Of a DNA stretch of 64,000 nt, positions 20,140-28,776 are shown piece after piece. Each line of letters opens with the position of its first letter. Within the stretch, counting starts at the first letter, position 1. The stretch is from an uncultured bacterium (GTDB taxonomy: Bacteria > Omnitrophota > Gorgyraeia > Zapsychrales > Aceulaceae): NCBI GenBank assembly GCA_937930175.1, contig CALGLP010000013.1:203764-267763 (forward strand). Direction: 5' to 3'. A model generated the notes under the pieces. It was not told the DNA's origin, ran no database searches, and saw nothing but the letters and a program-made list of their open reading frames with translations. A program made the translations under genes and the position numbers.

Positions 20140-20712
20140 ATGAAACAGATTGTCCAGAGACTTTTCTCTGATTCTATTGCTGTTCAACAAGCAACGCTTG
20201 AAAGTAATCGTGACCATATCGTTGCTGCTGTTAAGCTTATTTTGAAAACTTTACGTAAAGGTGGCAAGGTGCTTCTTTTTGGAAACGGGGGATCTGCAGC
20301 TGATAGCCAACATATCGCAGCGGAATTGATTGGCCGATTTCAAAGAGAACGTAAAGCGATTCCTGCCGTGGCTTTGTCTACAGATACTTCGATCCTGACC
20401 GCTTTGGGTAATGATTATTCCTTTGATATTATTTTCGCCCGTCAAGTGGAAGGATTAGGATCTCCTAAAGATGTTGCCGTTGGTTTTTCTACGAGCGGTA
20501 ATTCAAAAAATGTCATTGCTGGTTTAAAGGCTGCGCAGCAAAAAGGTATGGCTACAATTTCCTTCACAGGGCACAAGGGTGGCAAAATTGCTTTGATGAC
20601 GGATGTTAGCCTTGTTGTTCCATCAGATATAACCGCGCGTATCCAAGAGGCACATATTTGTATGGCGCATATTATTTGTGAGCTCGTTGAAAATCATGCG
20701 GGGACAACGTGA
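20140..20712 (+). CDS. gmhA: phosphoheptose isomerase (SIS domain)
   Basis: 190 aa with GNGGSAADSQH in a SIS domain. Confidence 0.8.
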   Translation: MKQIVQRLFSDSIAVQQATLESNRDHIVAAVKLILKTLRKGGKVLLFGNGGSAADSQHIAAELIGRFQRERKAIPAVALSTDTSILTALGNDYSFDIIFARQVEGLGSPKDVAVGFSTSGNSKNVIAGLKAAQQKGMATISFTGHKGGKIALMTDVSLVVPSDITARIQEAHICMAHIICELVENHAGTT

Positions 20713-21197
20713 CAACAAAGAATAAAATTGTCAGTTTGAGCGTGTTACAAAAGAAGGTTTCTGTCTTAAGAAAGGCTGGCAAGACCATTATTTTTACCAA
20801 TGGGTGTTTTGATCTTTTGCATGTTGGCCACGTGAGTTATCTTGAGGAGATGAAGTCCAAGGATGGGGTTGTCATTGTTGGGCTCAATAGTGATGCGTCG
20901 ATTAAGAAAATTAAAGCTAAGGGTCGGCCGATCCAGCCTCAAAATGCGCGCGCACGTGTTTTAGCGGCACTTGAGTGCGTTGACTATGTTACGATTTTTT
21001 CGCAAGAAACGCCTTATGCTTTGATCAAGGCTTTGCAACCCGATATCCTTGTGAAAGGCGCTGATTGGAAGGGAAAGGCTGTCGTGGGAGAGGATATTGT
21101 GAGGGCTAAGGGCGGAGAGGTGAAGCTTGTATCGTATGTGGACCACTTTTCAACAACACGTATTATTAAAAAGATTCTGACACAATGCGCAGTATAG
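20709..21197 (+). CDS. D-glycero-beta-D-manno-heptose-1-phosphate adenylyltransferase (RfaE domain II only)
   Basis: Cytidylyltransferase-like fold with FTNGCFDLLHVGHVSYL (HxGH). No sugar-kinase domain is fused. Confidence 0.8.
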   Translation: MTTKNKIVSLSVLQKKVSVLRKAGKTIIFTNGCFDLLHVGHVSYLEEMKSKDGVVIVGLNSDASIKKIKAKGRPIQPQNARARVLAALECVDYVTIFSQETPYALIKALQPDILVKGADWKGKAVVGEDIVRAKGGEVKLVSYVDHFSTTRIIKKILTQCAV

Positions 21198-21604
21198 CAA
21201 ACCAAAAGATTGCTCGGGTGATCGATGCCAATTTTAATCGGGCCAAAGAAGGTTTGCGGGTTTGTGAAGATGTGGCACGGTTTGTTTTAGACGATCAAGA
21301 GGTGACCGGGCAGTACAAGAAGATGCGGCATCAAGTATCGCAGATTTGTTCTTTGGTGTTTAAGGGTTCCCTGATGGATGCGCGTTCGACGCAAACTGAT
21401 GTTGGCACGCAAAGTAGTGCTTTAGAAGTCAAACGCAAAACGATCAAAGATATCTTTTACGCAAATTCTCAGCGCGTGAAAGAGTCGGTGCGTGTCTTAG
21501 AGGAGTTCTTAAAATTGGTGAGTCCTTGCCAAGCGCTTGCGTGTAAAAAAATGCGTTATCAGGTTTATGCGCTTGAGCAAAAAGTTTTTGAAACGATGGG
21601 GTGA
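21185..21604 (+). CDS. hypothetical protein with internal two-fold repeat
   Basis: 139 aa. The segments IDANFNRAKEGLRVCEDVARFVL and IFYANSQRVKESVRVLEEFLKLV are recognisably duplicated. No motif I can assign. Confidence 0.4.
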   Translation: MRSIANQKIARVIDANFNRAKEGLRVCEDVARFVLDDQEVTGQYKKMRHQVSQICSLVFKGSLMDARSTQTDVGTQSSALEVKRKTIKDIFYANSQRVKESVRVLEEFLKLVSPCQALACKKMRYQVYALEQKVFETMG

Positions 21605-21609
21605 TAGCT

Positions 21610-21681
<72 letters not shown>

Positions 21682-21695
21682 TTGGATTCTTATTT

Positions 21696-22361
21696 ATGCC
21701 TTTAAAACGTTTTTATTTATATATATGCGTCATTTTGTCCCTGCTTATTTATGGTTGTGCGGCCCCGCATGAAGCCATCCGTATTGATCAGCCGCAGAAT
21801 AAAGAGGGTGTTTATCACAAGGTCCAACCTAAAGAAACCCTTTGGCGGATTGCTCAAGTCTATGCTATTCCTGTCGATGAGATTGTGCGGGCCAATAATA
21901 TTCCTGATGCCGCCCATATCCAAGAAAATCAGTTAATTTTTATTCCTCGGGCAACAGGTCAGAAGCAAACGGTTTCAAGCCAAGAGGCTTTTGGAGCTCA
22001 AGATTTTAAATGGCCGATTAAAGGAAAAATTGTTGCTTATTTTGGCGATGCCAAGTCTTCTTGGGTTAACAATGGCATTGATATCAAGTCAGAGCCAGAG
22101 CAAAAGATTTTTCCTGCGCGTGGCGGCGAAGTTGTTTTTGTCGATTATTTGAGCGGTTATGGGCATACGGTGATTATTGATCATGGGGATGGTTATCAGA
22201 CGGTTTACGGAAAGAATGCGAGCACCTTGGTTTCTGTTGGCGAATACGTGACGCTTGAGACGCCCATCGCCATGGTGGGAGGAGACGATGCCTTGGCTTT
22301 TTTGCATTTTGAGATCCGTAAAGATTCGACACCAAAGAATCCCTTGCATTTTTTACCATAA
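21696..22361 (+). CDS. LysM-domain M23 family peptidoglycan peptidase (lipoprotein-like)
   Basis: LysM segment YHKVQPKETLWRIAQVYAIPVDEIVRANN and an M23 motif (HTVIIDHGDGYQTVYG...HFEIR). Start is placed after the tRNA; the table ORF start at 21537 runs through the tRNA. Confidence 0.8.
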   Translation: MPLKRFYLYICVILSLLIYGCAAPHEAIRIDQPQNKEGVYHKVQPKETLWRIAQVYAIPVDEIVRANNIPDAAHIQENQLIFIPRATGQKQTVSSQEAFGAQDFKWPIKGKIVAYFGDAKSSWVNNGIDIKSEPEQKIFPARGGEVVFVDYLSGYGHTVIIDHGDGYQTVYGKNASTLVSVGEYVTLETPIAMVGGDDALAFLHFEIRKDSTPKNPLHFLP

Positions 22362-22386
22362 AGCGTGAGAGAACAAAAGGAGCGTT

Positions 22387-24018
22387 GTGTTAGATATTGA
22401 AAAGAATTTTTTTGGACGGCAAGATATTTTAGGCCTCCTCAAGAAGCGTGTTATTGATCTTAAGGATGGGTATCGCCAGAATCTTGCCTTTTTAGGTCCA
22501 CAGTATATTGGCAAGACTTCTATTTTACAGAAATTTGTTTGCGATCTCGATGATCAAGATCTTGTTACTGTGTATGTCAATTTTGAGCGTAAAGATTTGC
22601 CGTATTTGTTTACGAATTTTGTTGGGAGCATCCTTTATCATTTTTCAAAGAACCAGGGTCTTACGCCTCATCAAGATGTTTGCTTATTGATGGAGGCGAC
22701 AAAGAACCGTCTTCCTCTGACGGTTACGGCGATCAAGCATGTCCAGGCTTTACTCGAGAAGAGACGCATGGCCGAAGCCTATCAGGGCTTGATTTCTTTG
22801 CTTGAAACCTTTAGCATTGAGTCCAATAAATTTTGCCTTGTGGTCTTTGATGAGTTTCATCACCTTGAAGATTTTGATATTTCGGAAGTTTTTCAAGAGC
22901 TTGGTCAAAGGATCATGACGCAAAAGCGTTGTCTTTATGTTATGGCGAGTTCTTCAGGGCATCTCGCGCGAAAGATCTTGTCAGAGAAGCTTTCTCTCTT
23001 GTTTGGTCATTTCGAAGTTATTGATGTGCAACCGTTGATGCTTAAGACTAGTCAAGAATTTATTGCACATGCGCTCAAAGATGTTCAGATCAAGGATTCG
23101 TTAAAGAATTTTCTCGTTGATTTTACCGGAGGGCATCCTTTTTATCTTAATATTCTTATTGGCGAGCTCGTGCAGCTATGCCAGGCGCATCGACAAACAG
23201 AAATCTTTTTGCCGTTGTTATCGCAGGCGATTGAAAATACGATTTTTAATCGTTGGGGCACTTTGAGCCGTCATTTTGAAATTCTTACCGAGAGTTTGGC
23301 TTCACCTAAGGATGGCCAGGAGACGTCGCGTTTGCTGATCGCGCTCACAGAGCCTAATAATGGTAAGGACGGTTTTTTTGCCTCAAAGGGTCTCAAGAAA
23401 AATGGGATTAAACAAAAAATAGCAAAATTAGTCGAGCGTGATCTTGTGGATCGCAACGGTCATTCTTATTATCTAAAGGATAAGCTGTTTCGTTATTGGG
23501 TCAAGTATATTTTAAAGCAACGCTTGTCTTTTATTGGACTGGATTTTAAGGAGGAAAAGGATTTCTTTCGCAAGGAATTAGCTCAGGCGGTGAGCGATTT
23601 TCATCTTGCATCTGCGAAAGATTTTTCTATGCGTGTGATTGAGCTTTTAAGTTGTTTTCAAGATGATATGTTTACTCTTCATGGACGCCGTTATCGGTTG
23701 GCGTCCTTTCAAAAGTTTAAATCCACAAAACTACGCGTGAGTCCCCAACGGCAACTTGACACGATCAAGGCCTACACTACCGATGGCCCGTGGATGATTG
23801 TTTTAAATGATGGGGATTTGTCAGAGCAGGAGATGAGTACGTTCTTAAGTGAGATGAAAAAGACAGGACAAAAGACGCAAAAGCAAATCATTATTTCATT
23901 GACGCGTCTTGATGGTCCTGTGCGCTTACGAGCGCTTCAGGAAAAAATGTGGATTTGGAGTGAAGGAGAACTCAATCTTCTGCTTAACATGTATGATCAA
24001 CCCTTTATTGTGCAATGA
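22387..24018 (+). CDS. AAA+ ATPase of the archaeal-ATPase/DUF234 type (PF01637-like) with C-terminal extension
   Basis: FFGRQDIL...GPQYIGKTS is the Walker A, VVFDEFHHL the Walker B, YYLKDKLFRYWVKYIL the DUF234 region. GTG start with an AAGGAG SD. Confidence 0.7.
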   Translation: MLDIEKNFFGRQDILGLLKKRVIDLKDGYRQNLAFLGPQYIGKTSILQKFVCDLDDQDLVTVYVNFERKDLPYLFTNFVGSILYHFSKNQGLTPHQDVCLLMEATKNRLPLTVTAIKHVQALLEKRRMAEAYQGLISLLETFSIESNKFCLVVFDEFHHLEDFDISEVFQELGQRIMTQKRCLYVMASSSGHLARKILSEKLSLLFGHFEVIDVQPLMLKTSQEFIAHALKDVQIKDSLKNFLVDFTGGHPFYLNILIGELVQLCQAHRQTEIFLPLLSQAIENTIFNRWGTLSRHFEILTESLASPKDGQETSRLLIALTEPNNGKDGFFASKGLKKNGIKQKIAKLVERDLVDRNGHSYYLKDKLFRYWVKYILKQRLSFIGLDFKEEKDFFRKELAQAVSDFHLASAKDFSMRVIELLSCFQDDMFTLHGRRYRLASFQKFKSTKLRVSPQRQLDTIKAYTTDGPWMIVLNDGDLSEQEMSTFLSEMKKTGQKTQKQIIISLTRLDGPVRLRALQEKMWIWSEGELNLLLNMYDQPFIVQ

Positions 24019-24497
24019 ATATCGGCGTCATTTCTGATACTCATTCGCGTGCCGTGCCCGAACAGGTTTTAAAGGAGCTTAAAAAAATGGATTTTGTGAT
24101 CCATGCAGGGGACATCGGATCTAAGTCTTTTTTTGATGAGTTTAAGAAGATTAACGATGTGAAAGCCGTTTACGGCAACATGGACGATGGTACGCTGAGG
24201 TCTGTTCTTCCTAGGAGTCAGATCATTTTGTGCGCATCGTTTGCGATTGGCCTTTTTCACGGAGAAGGACATCCTGGACACTTGGTGGAGTGTGTACAAA
24301 AAGAGTTTAAAGATAAAAAAGTTGATGTGATTGTTTTCGGCCATTCGCATCATCCGATGAATGAGATCAAAGATGGCATCCTTTTTTTTAACCCTGGTAG
24401 CGCGACGGATACGGTTTTTGCTCCTTTTCGGTCCTACGGCGTTTTGGAAATAAGTGATGTCATCAAGGGAAGGATTATCAAGATTGATGAAAAATAA
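24015..24497 (+). CDS. YfcE/MJ0936-family metallophosphoesterase
   Basis: ISDTHS...HAGDI...GNMDD...GHSH are calcineurin-like metal ligands. 160 aa. ATGA overlap with the upstream ATPase. Confidence 0.8.
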   Translation: MNIGVISDTHSRAVPEQVLKELKKMDFVIHAGDIGSKSFFDEFKKINDVKAVYGNMDDGTLRSVLPRSQIILCASFAIGLFHGEGHPGHLVECVQKEFKDKKVDVIVFGHSHHPMNEIKDGILFFNPGSATDTVFAPFRSYGVLEISDVIKGRIIKIDEK

Positions 24498-24984
24498 GCG
24501 TTTGTGGGCTCCGTGGCGAGCCGCGTATGTAAGCGCGATCCATAAGAAAGTCAAGGGATGTGTTTTTTGTCGCATTGCGAAAGAGAACAAAGATCAAAAG
24601 AATTATATTTTTAAACGCCATCGCTATTGTTTTGCGGTTCTTAACATTTTTCCTTATAACAATGGCCACGCCATGATTATTCCTAATCGTCATGTTAATG
24701 ACTTGAAGAAATTGCGTAAAGAGGAAAAGGCGGATCTTTGGGCTCTTTTGGAAGACGTCAAAGATCTTCTTGATCGTGTTTTGAAGCCTCAGGGATATAA
24801 TATTGGTATCAATATGGGTAAGAGCGCTGGAGCTGGATTTCCCGGGCATATTCATATTCATATTGTCCCCCGATGGCAAGGGGATGAGAATTTTATGCCG
24901 GTTATTGCCCAGACGAAAGTTGTTTCTCAATCGATGGATATTTTGCTCGAAAGGTTGTGCTATGCGGACCAGAGAAGAGATTGA
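24487..24984 (+). CDS. HIT-family nucleotide hydrolase
   Basis: Histidine triad HIHIHIVPR. Start chosen at MKNKRLWAPWR, the canonical HIT N-terminus. Confidence 0.8.
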   Translation: MKNKRLWAPWRAAYVSAIHKKVKGCVFCRIAKENKDQKNYIFKRHRYCFAVLNIFPYNNGHAMIIPNRHVNDLKKLRKEEKADLWALLEDVKDLLDRVLKPQGYNIGINMGKSAGAGFPGHIHIHIVPRWQGDENFMPVIAQTKVVSQSMDILLERLCYADQRRD

Positions 24985-26146
24985 AGGGATTGAAAATGTT
25001 GTGCTCGCTCCCTACGCGATGCATAGTAAAGATTCGGCGGGCCGATTTTATGATGAGCCATCCCATCCAACGAGAACCTGCTATCAGCGTGACCGCGACC
25101 GTATTGTTCATTTAAAAGCGTTTCGTAATCTTGAATATAAAACACAAGTTTTTCCTATCTTTGAAGGTGATTATTATCGCACCCGCTTAACCCACACCAT
25201 TGAAGTTGCTCAGATCGCGAGGACCATTGGCCGTAATTTAATGCTCAACGAAGATCTGATTGAGGCCATTGCCTTGGCGCATGATTTAGGACATCCGCCT
25301 TTTGGGCATGCTGGGGAACAAGCCTTAGACGATATTATGAGCGGGAATAAGACACAAGAGTTTTGGCGTTTTGTCATTCATGCTAAAAATACGCGAGGAT
25401 TTAATCATAACAAGCGAAGTTTTGAAATTGTGACGCGCGAGCGTCGATATCCTGAGTTTGAAGGCCTCAACCTAACCAAAGAAGTTCTCGTTGGCATTTT
25501 AAAACATAAAACAATTTATGATGATCCTTCCGGGGATGAGGCTTTGCTTGCGGAGGGGCCGACTTTGGAGGCGCAAGTTGTGAATGTGGCTGATGAGCTA
25601 GCATATCTTAATCATGATATTGATGACGGGCTTGAGTCGGGATATATTGGTAAGGAGGATCTTAAAGCAAGCGTGCTTTGGGCGCGTACAATTGAAGGTA
25701 TTCAGCGTCAGGCTAAGGGTACGACCGCTGTTCTTGAGCGCAACTTGATTGTTAAGACGTTAATTGATCTTCAGGTGAGAGATCTGCTTGAGAATTCGGA
25801 TCAAGAAATTGGCAAGCGGCATTTTACGTCATCTCAGGATGTTAAAAAATCCAAAGAGTTCGTGATTGGCTTTAGCGCCTTGATGGCGCAAGAACGTAAC
25901 GAGCTTCAAGGGGTGATCAATCAGAAGCTGTATCATCATTATTTGGTCGAACGCATGACGATGAAGGCCAAGAGGGTTGTCCAGAAGCTTTATGATATTT
26001 ACAGTAGCAATCCTCGTCAGCTTCCTTATGAGGTTTATGACCCTAAGCGTAAATATACCCCCGAACAAGAAAAAGAAGTGATTTGTCACTTTATCGCGGA
26101 TATGACGGATCGATCCGCGCTTGAAGAATACCGAAAGTTTTTATAA
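24962..26146 (+). CDS. dgt: dGTP triphosphohydrolase-like HD-domain protein
   Basis: RDRDRIVHLKAFRNL...THTIEVAQI...HDLGHPPFGHAGE. Start at MRTREE, the conserved Dgt N-terminus. The table ORF starts 159 nt upstream. Confidence 0.8.
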   Translation: MRTREEIEGIENVVLAPYAMHSKDSAGRFYDEPSHPTRTCYQRDRDRIVHLKAFRNLEYKTQVFPIFEGDYYRTRLTHTIEVAQIARTIGRNLMLNEDLIEAIALAHDLGHPPFGHAGEQALDDIMSGNKTQEFWRFVIHAKNTRGFNHNKRSFEIVTRERRYPEFEGLNLTKEVLVGILKHKTIYDDPSGDEALLAEGPTLEAQVVNVADELAYLNHDIDDGLESGYIGKEDLKASVLWARTIEGIQRQAKGTTAVLERNLIVKTLIDLQVRDLLENSDQEIGKRHFTSSQDVKKSKEFVIGFSALMAQERNELQGVINQKLYHHYLVERMTMKAKRVVQKLYDIYSSNPRQLPYEVYDPKRKYTPEQEKEVICHFIADMTDRSALEEYRKFL

Positions 26147-26167
26147 TGGATAGGGAAGGCAATAGCC

Positions 26168-27235
26168 ATGATGTATCGATTAACTGCTAAGGAAAAATAT
26201 AAGCGCGTGATCGCTGCCGTGCATATGGTTTATCGGTTGGTCAATTCTACCTATAGCACGAAGGAGCTTCTTATCCGTTTGACGCGCATCATTTGTCAGT
26301 TGGTTGGCGCGAGCTCGTCGTGTGTGCATGTTTTGGACGATCATGGGAAAAAGCTCAAGCTTATTGCGATTTTTAACGGCAAGATCAATATTCTTTATGA
26401 GAAGAAGGCTGATCTTGACCGCGCGACCAGTGATGAGAAGCGCGTTGTGAAAGGGGATACCATTGTGCATGAGCGTTTTATTGGCTTGCCGTTGGTGAGT
26501 GATGAAAATATTGGAGCGGTGTTTATGCGGCGCAAGCCTGGCGAACGCGCTTTTGAAGATTTTGATCGCGAGGTTTTGGCGGTGTTATCCGAGCAGGTTG
26601 TGACTGCGGTTAAGAACTTGCAGCTGCATGATCTGCAGCAAAAGGTGATTTTAGATAGTATCAAGTCGATGGGAAAGTTTTTTGAAAAGCAAGGGCCCCT
26701 TGAATTTTATCAGCATGCGCCAGTATATTGCAAAATTATTAGGCGCTTAAGTGAAAAATTGGGGATGAACGAGAAAGACATCGAAGCCTTAGAGTATGCC
26801 AGTATTTTGCATGATGCCGGATCCGTCGACGTGCCGTATGATATCCTCTCTAAACGAGGGCGTCTAACCGCGCAAGAATTTAGGATCTTGAGGAATCATC
26901 CCAAGAAAAGCGTTGAGTTGATTAAGCCCGTGGCATTTCTAAAACCCGTTTTGCCGATTGTTCTTTATCATCATGAACGCTACGATGGCAAGGGATATCC
27001 GTCGGGACTTAAGGGTGAAGAGATTCCTTTGGGGGCGCGGGTGATGGCGGTCTTAGACGCGTTTGAGGCTATGGTCGAGGGACGTCCATATAAAAAAGGT
27101 AGGACGTTTGAGGAAGCTTTACGAGAAATTAGGCGAAAGAAGGGCACGCAGTTTGATCCTCTCGTCGTTGATGTCTTTTGTAAACTATGTCATGAAACAA
27201 ACTTTAGAAAACACTTGAGCATGATGGGGACCTAA
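26168..27235 (+). CDS. GAF-domain HD-GYP phosphodiesterase (cyclic-di-nucleotide hydrolase candidate)
   Basis: N-terminal GAF-like region and C-terminal HD-GYP motifs (ILHDAG...HHERYDGKGYP). Confidence 0.8.
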   Translation: MMYRLTAKEKYKRVIAAVHMVYRLVNSTYSTKELLIRLTRIICQLVGASSSCVHVLDDHGKKLKLIAIFNGKINILYEKKADLDRATSDEKRVVKGDTIVHERFIGLPLVSDENIGAVFMRRKPGERAFEDFDREVLAVLSEQVVTAVKNLQLHDLQQKVILDSIKSMGKFFEKQGPLEFYQHAPVYCKIIRRLSEKLGMNEKDIEALEYASILHDAGSVDVPYDILSKRGRLTAQEFRILRNHPKKSVELIKPVAFLKPVLPIVLYHHERYDGKGYPSGLKGEEIPLGARVMAVLDAFEAMVEGRPYKKGRTFEEALREIRRKKGTQFDPLVVDVFCKLCHETNFRKHLSMMGT

Positions 27236-27250
27236 CTCTATAATATATTT

Positions 27251-27838
27251 ATGGATATCAATTATCGGCAAGATCAGTTTGAATTATTTCCTGGGAAGGT
27301 TGAAGGATCGTCAGCTTCTCAGCCTATGCCACGTTTTATTTTCTCGAGTATGACTTTGAGCGCGGAAAATATTATTATCTTGACTGTTTTTGTTTTCTTG
27401 GGTATTATCGTCTCTTTCTCGATGGGCGTTGAGCGGGGTAAGCGCCTTTCTCTTGCGCTTGTTAATAAGCCTGTGGAGAGAATAGTTGCTGAGCCGTCTT
27501 CTGGGGTTGCGCCGTTACTGCAAAAAGAATCTGTTAAGAAAATAGACGCGGCGGTTGTTGCTAAAAAAGAGGTGATTGTTCCAGCGCCTAAAGTTGTGGC
27601 GCCAGCTCCTAGTTCAACGGAGAATTTTTATACGGTTCAGGTCGCTTCGTTTAAATTGCGCAAGTTTGCCGAGGATGAAGCGCAAGGGCTTAAGAAAAAG
27701 GGATACGAAGCGTTTATTGTTGCCAAAGGTCAGCATTTGATTGTTTGCGCTGGACGATTTCTTGATGAAAGCGCTGCCAAGATTTTTTCAGGGAAGGTTA
27801 AAAGTAAATACAAAGATTGCCTAGTAAGGAGATTATAG
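27251..27838 (+). CDS. SPOR-domain peptidoglycan-binding membrane protein
   Basis: TM helix, Pro/Ala linker and a C-terminal SPOR-like segment (FYTVQVASFKLRKFAEDEAQGLKKKGYEAFIV). Confidence 0.6.
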   Translation: MDINYRQDQFELFPGKVEGSSASQPMPRFIFSSMTLSAENIIILTVFVFLGIIVSFSMGVERGKRLSLALVNKPVERIVAEPSSGVAPLLQKESVKKIDAAVVAKKEVIVPAPKVVAPAPSSTENFYTVQVASFKLRKFAEDEAQGLKKKGYEAFIVAKGQHLIVCAGRFLDESAAKIFSGKVKSKYKDCLVRRL

Positions 27839-27839
27839 C

Positions 27840-28097
27840 ATGTCATTGCATCCATCATTAAAGGTCGATTTAGCCGGAGCTCAACATAAAACGGTACACT
27901 CCCGTCTTCAGCGCGTCAAGAGTTTGCTTAGAAAAGGAAAATGGCAAGAAGGTCAATCCGTCACCGGTCTCCCCAAGACCAAGATTCTTAAGATCAAGAC
28001 GAAGAAAACAAAGGCTGCTGCTCCTGATGCGGCAACTGCCGCTGCTGGTGGGGCCGCTGGTGGGGCCGCCCCCGCAGATAAAGCCAAGAAGGCTTAG
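27840..28097 (+). CDS. small basic protein with Lys/Ala-rich histone-H1-like tail
   Basis: 85 aa. The C-terminus KTKKTKAAAPDAATAAAGGAAGGAAPADKAKKA is encoded by a 12-bp tandem GCTGGTGGGGCC x2. Confidence 0.35.
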   Translation: MSLHPSLKVDLAGAQHKTVHSRLQRVKSLLRKGKWQEGQSVTGLPKTKILKIKTKKTKAAAPDAATAAAGGAAGGAAPADKAKKA

Positions 28098-28145
28098 CAT
28101 TTTCTTAAGTATCTTATTTTTCTTGCTCAACATTCAGATGATATT

Positions 28146-28766
28146 GTGCTGGGATTCATGAGCGTTTATTATATTTTGACGATTGCGTGTATTCTCTTTT
28201 TTTCGGTCATCCTTCATGAGATCGCTCATGGCTGGGTGGCTGATCGACTTGGAGATCCGACGGCAAAGCTTGCCGGACGCCTGACTTTAAATCCTATTCC
28301 ACATATCGATCCTTTGGGAACGATTGTCTTGCCCATCATTCTTCTTCTAACCCAATCCCCGATCATTTTTGGCTGGGCTAAACCCGTACCTGTTAATTTT
28401 GCTTTGCTACGCCATCCCAAACGTGACATGATCTGGGTTGGGCTTGCGGGGCCAGGTGTGAATATTCTTTTTGCGTTTCTATTGTCCGTTCTCATGCAGA
28501 TTGATGCTTTTGTTAGTATCGAACCTTTTCTTAAAATGGGATTAATGGTCAATCTTGTGCTTGCGGCATTTAATTTGATCCCGATCCCGCCCCTGGATGG
28601 ATCAAGGCTTGTTTTGGGCGTCTTGCCATACAAGATTGCGCGCTGGTATGCCAAGCTAGAGCGTTATGGCATCGTGATCGTTTTTTTGTTATTATATTGG
28701 GGAGTCCTTGATCATCTTCTTTGGCCTGTTGTGAATCTTTTGGCACATGTCCTCGGGGTTAAATAA
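28146..28766 (+). CDS. M50-family (site-2 protease-like) membrane metalloprotease, minimal form
   Basis: HEIAHGW (HExxH) in the first TM helix and a second motif LIPIPPLDG. 206 aa, multi-TM. Confidence 0.7.
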   Translation: MLGFMSVYYILTIACILFFSVILHEIAHGWVADRLGDPTAKLAGRLTLNPIPHIDPLGTIVLPIILLLTQSPIIFGWAKPVPVNFALLRHPKRDMIWVGLAGPGVNILFAFLLSVLMQIDAFVSIEPFLKMGLMVNLVLAAFNLIPIPPLDGSRLVLGVLPYKIARWYAKLERYGIVIVFLLLYWGVLDHLLWPVVNLLAHVLGVK

Positions 28767-28776
28767 GAGGTATTTA

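Noticed and set aside
24015-26146. Interpreting dgt alone as a dedicated anti-phage dGTPase
   Set aside because: The sequence has the ordinary housekeeping Dgt N-terminus and HD motifs. Without the operon context it cannot be distinguished from a normal dGTPase, so only the whole cluster is flagged, not the single gene.
28021-28080. Tandem 12-bp repeat GCTGGTGGGGCC x2 as a possible mini-satellite or regulatory repeat
   Set aside because: It is in frame within the Ala/Gly-rich tail of the 85-aa ORF and simply encodes AGGAAGGA. It is noted under that protein rather than as a separate element.
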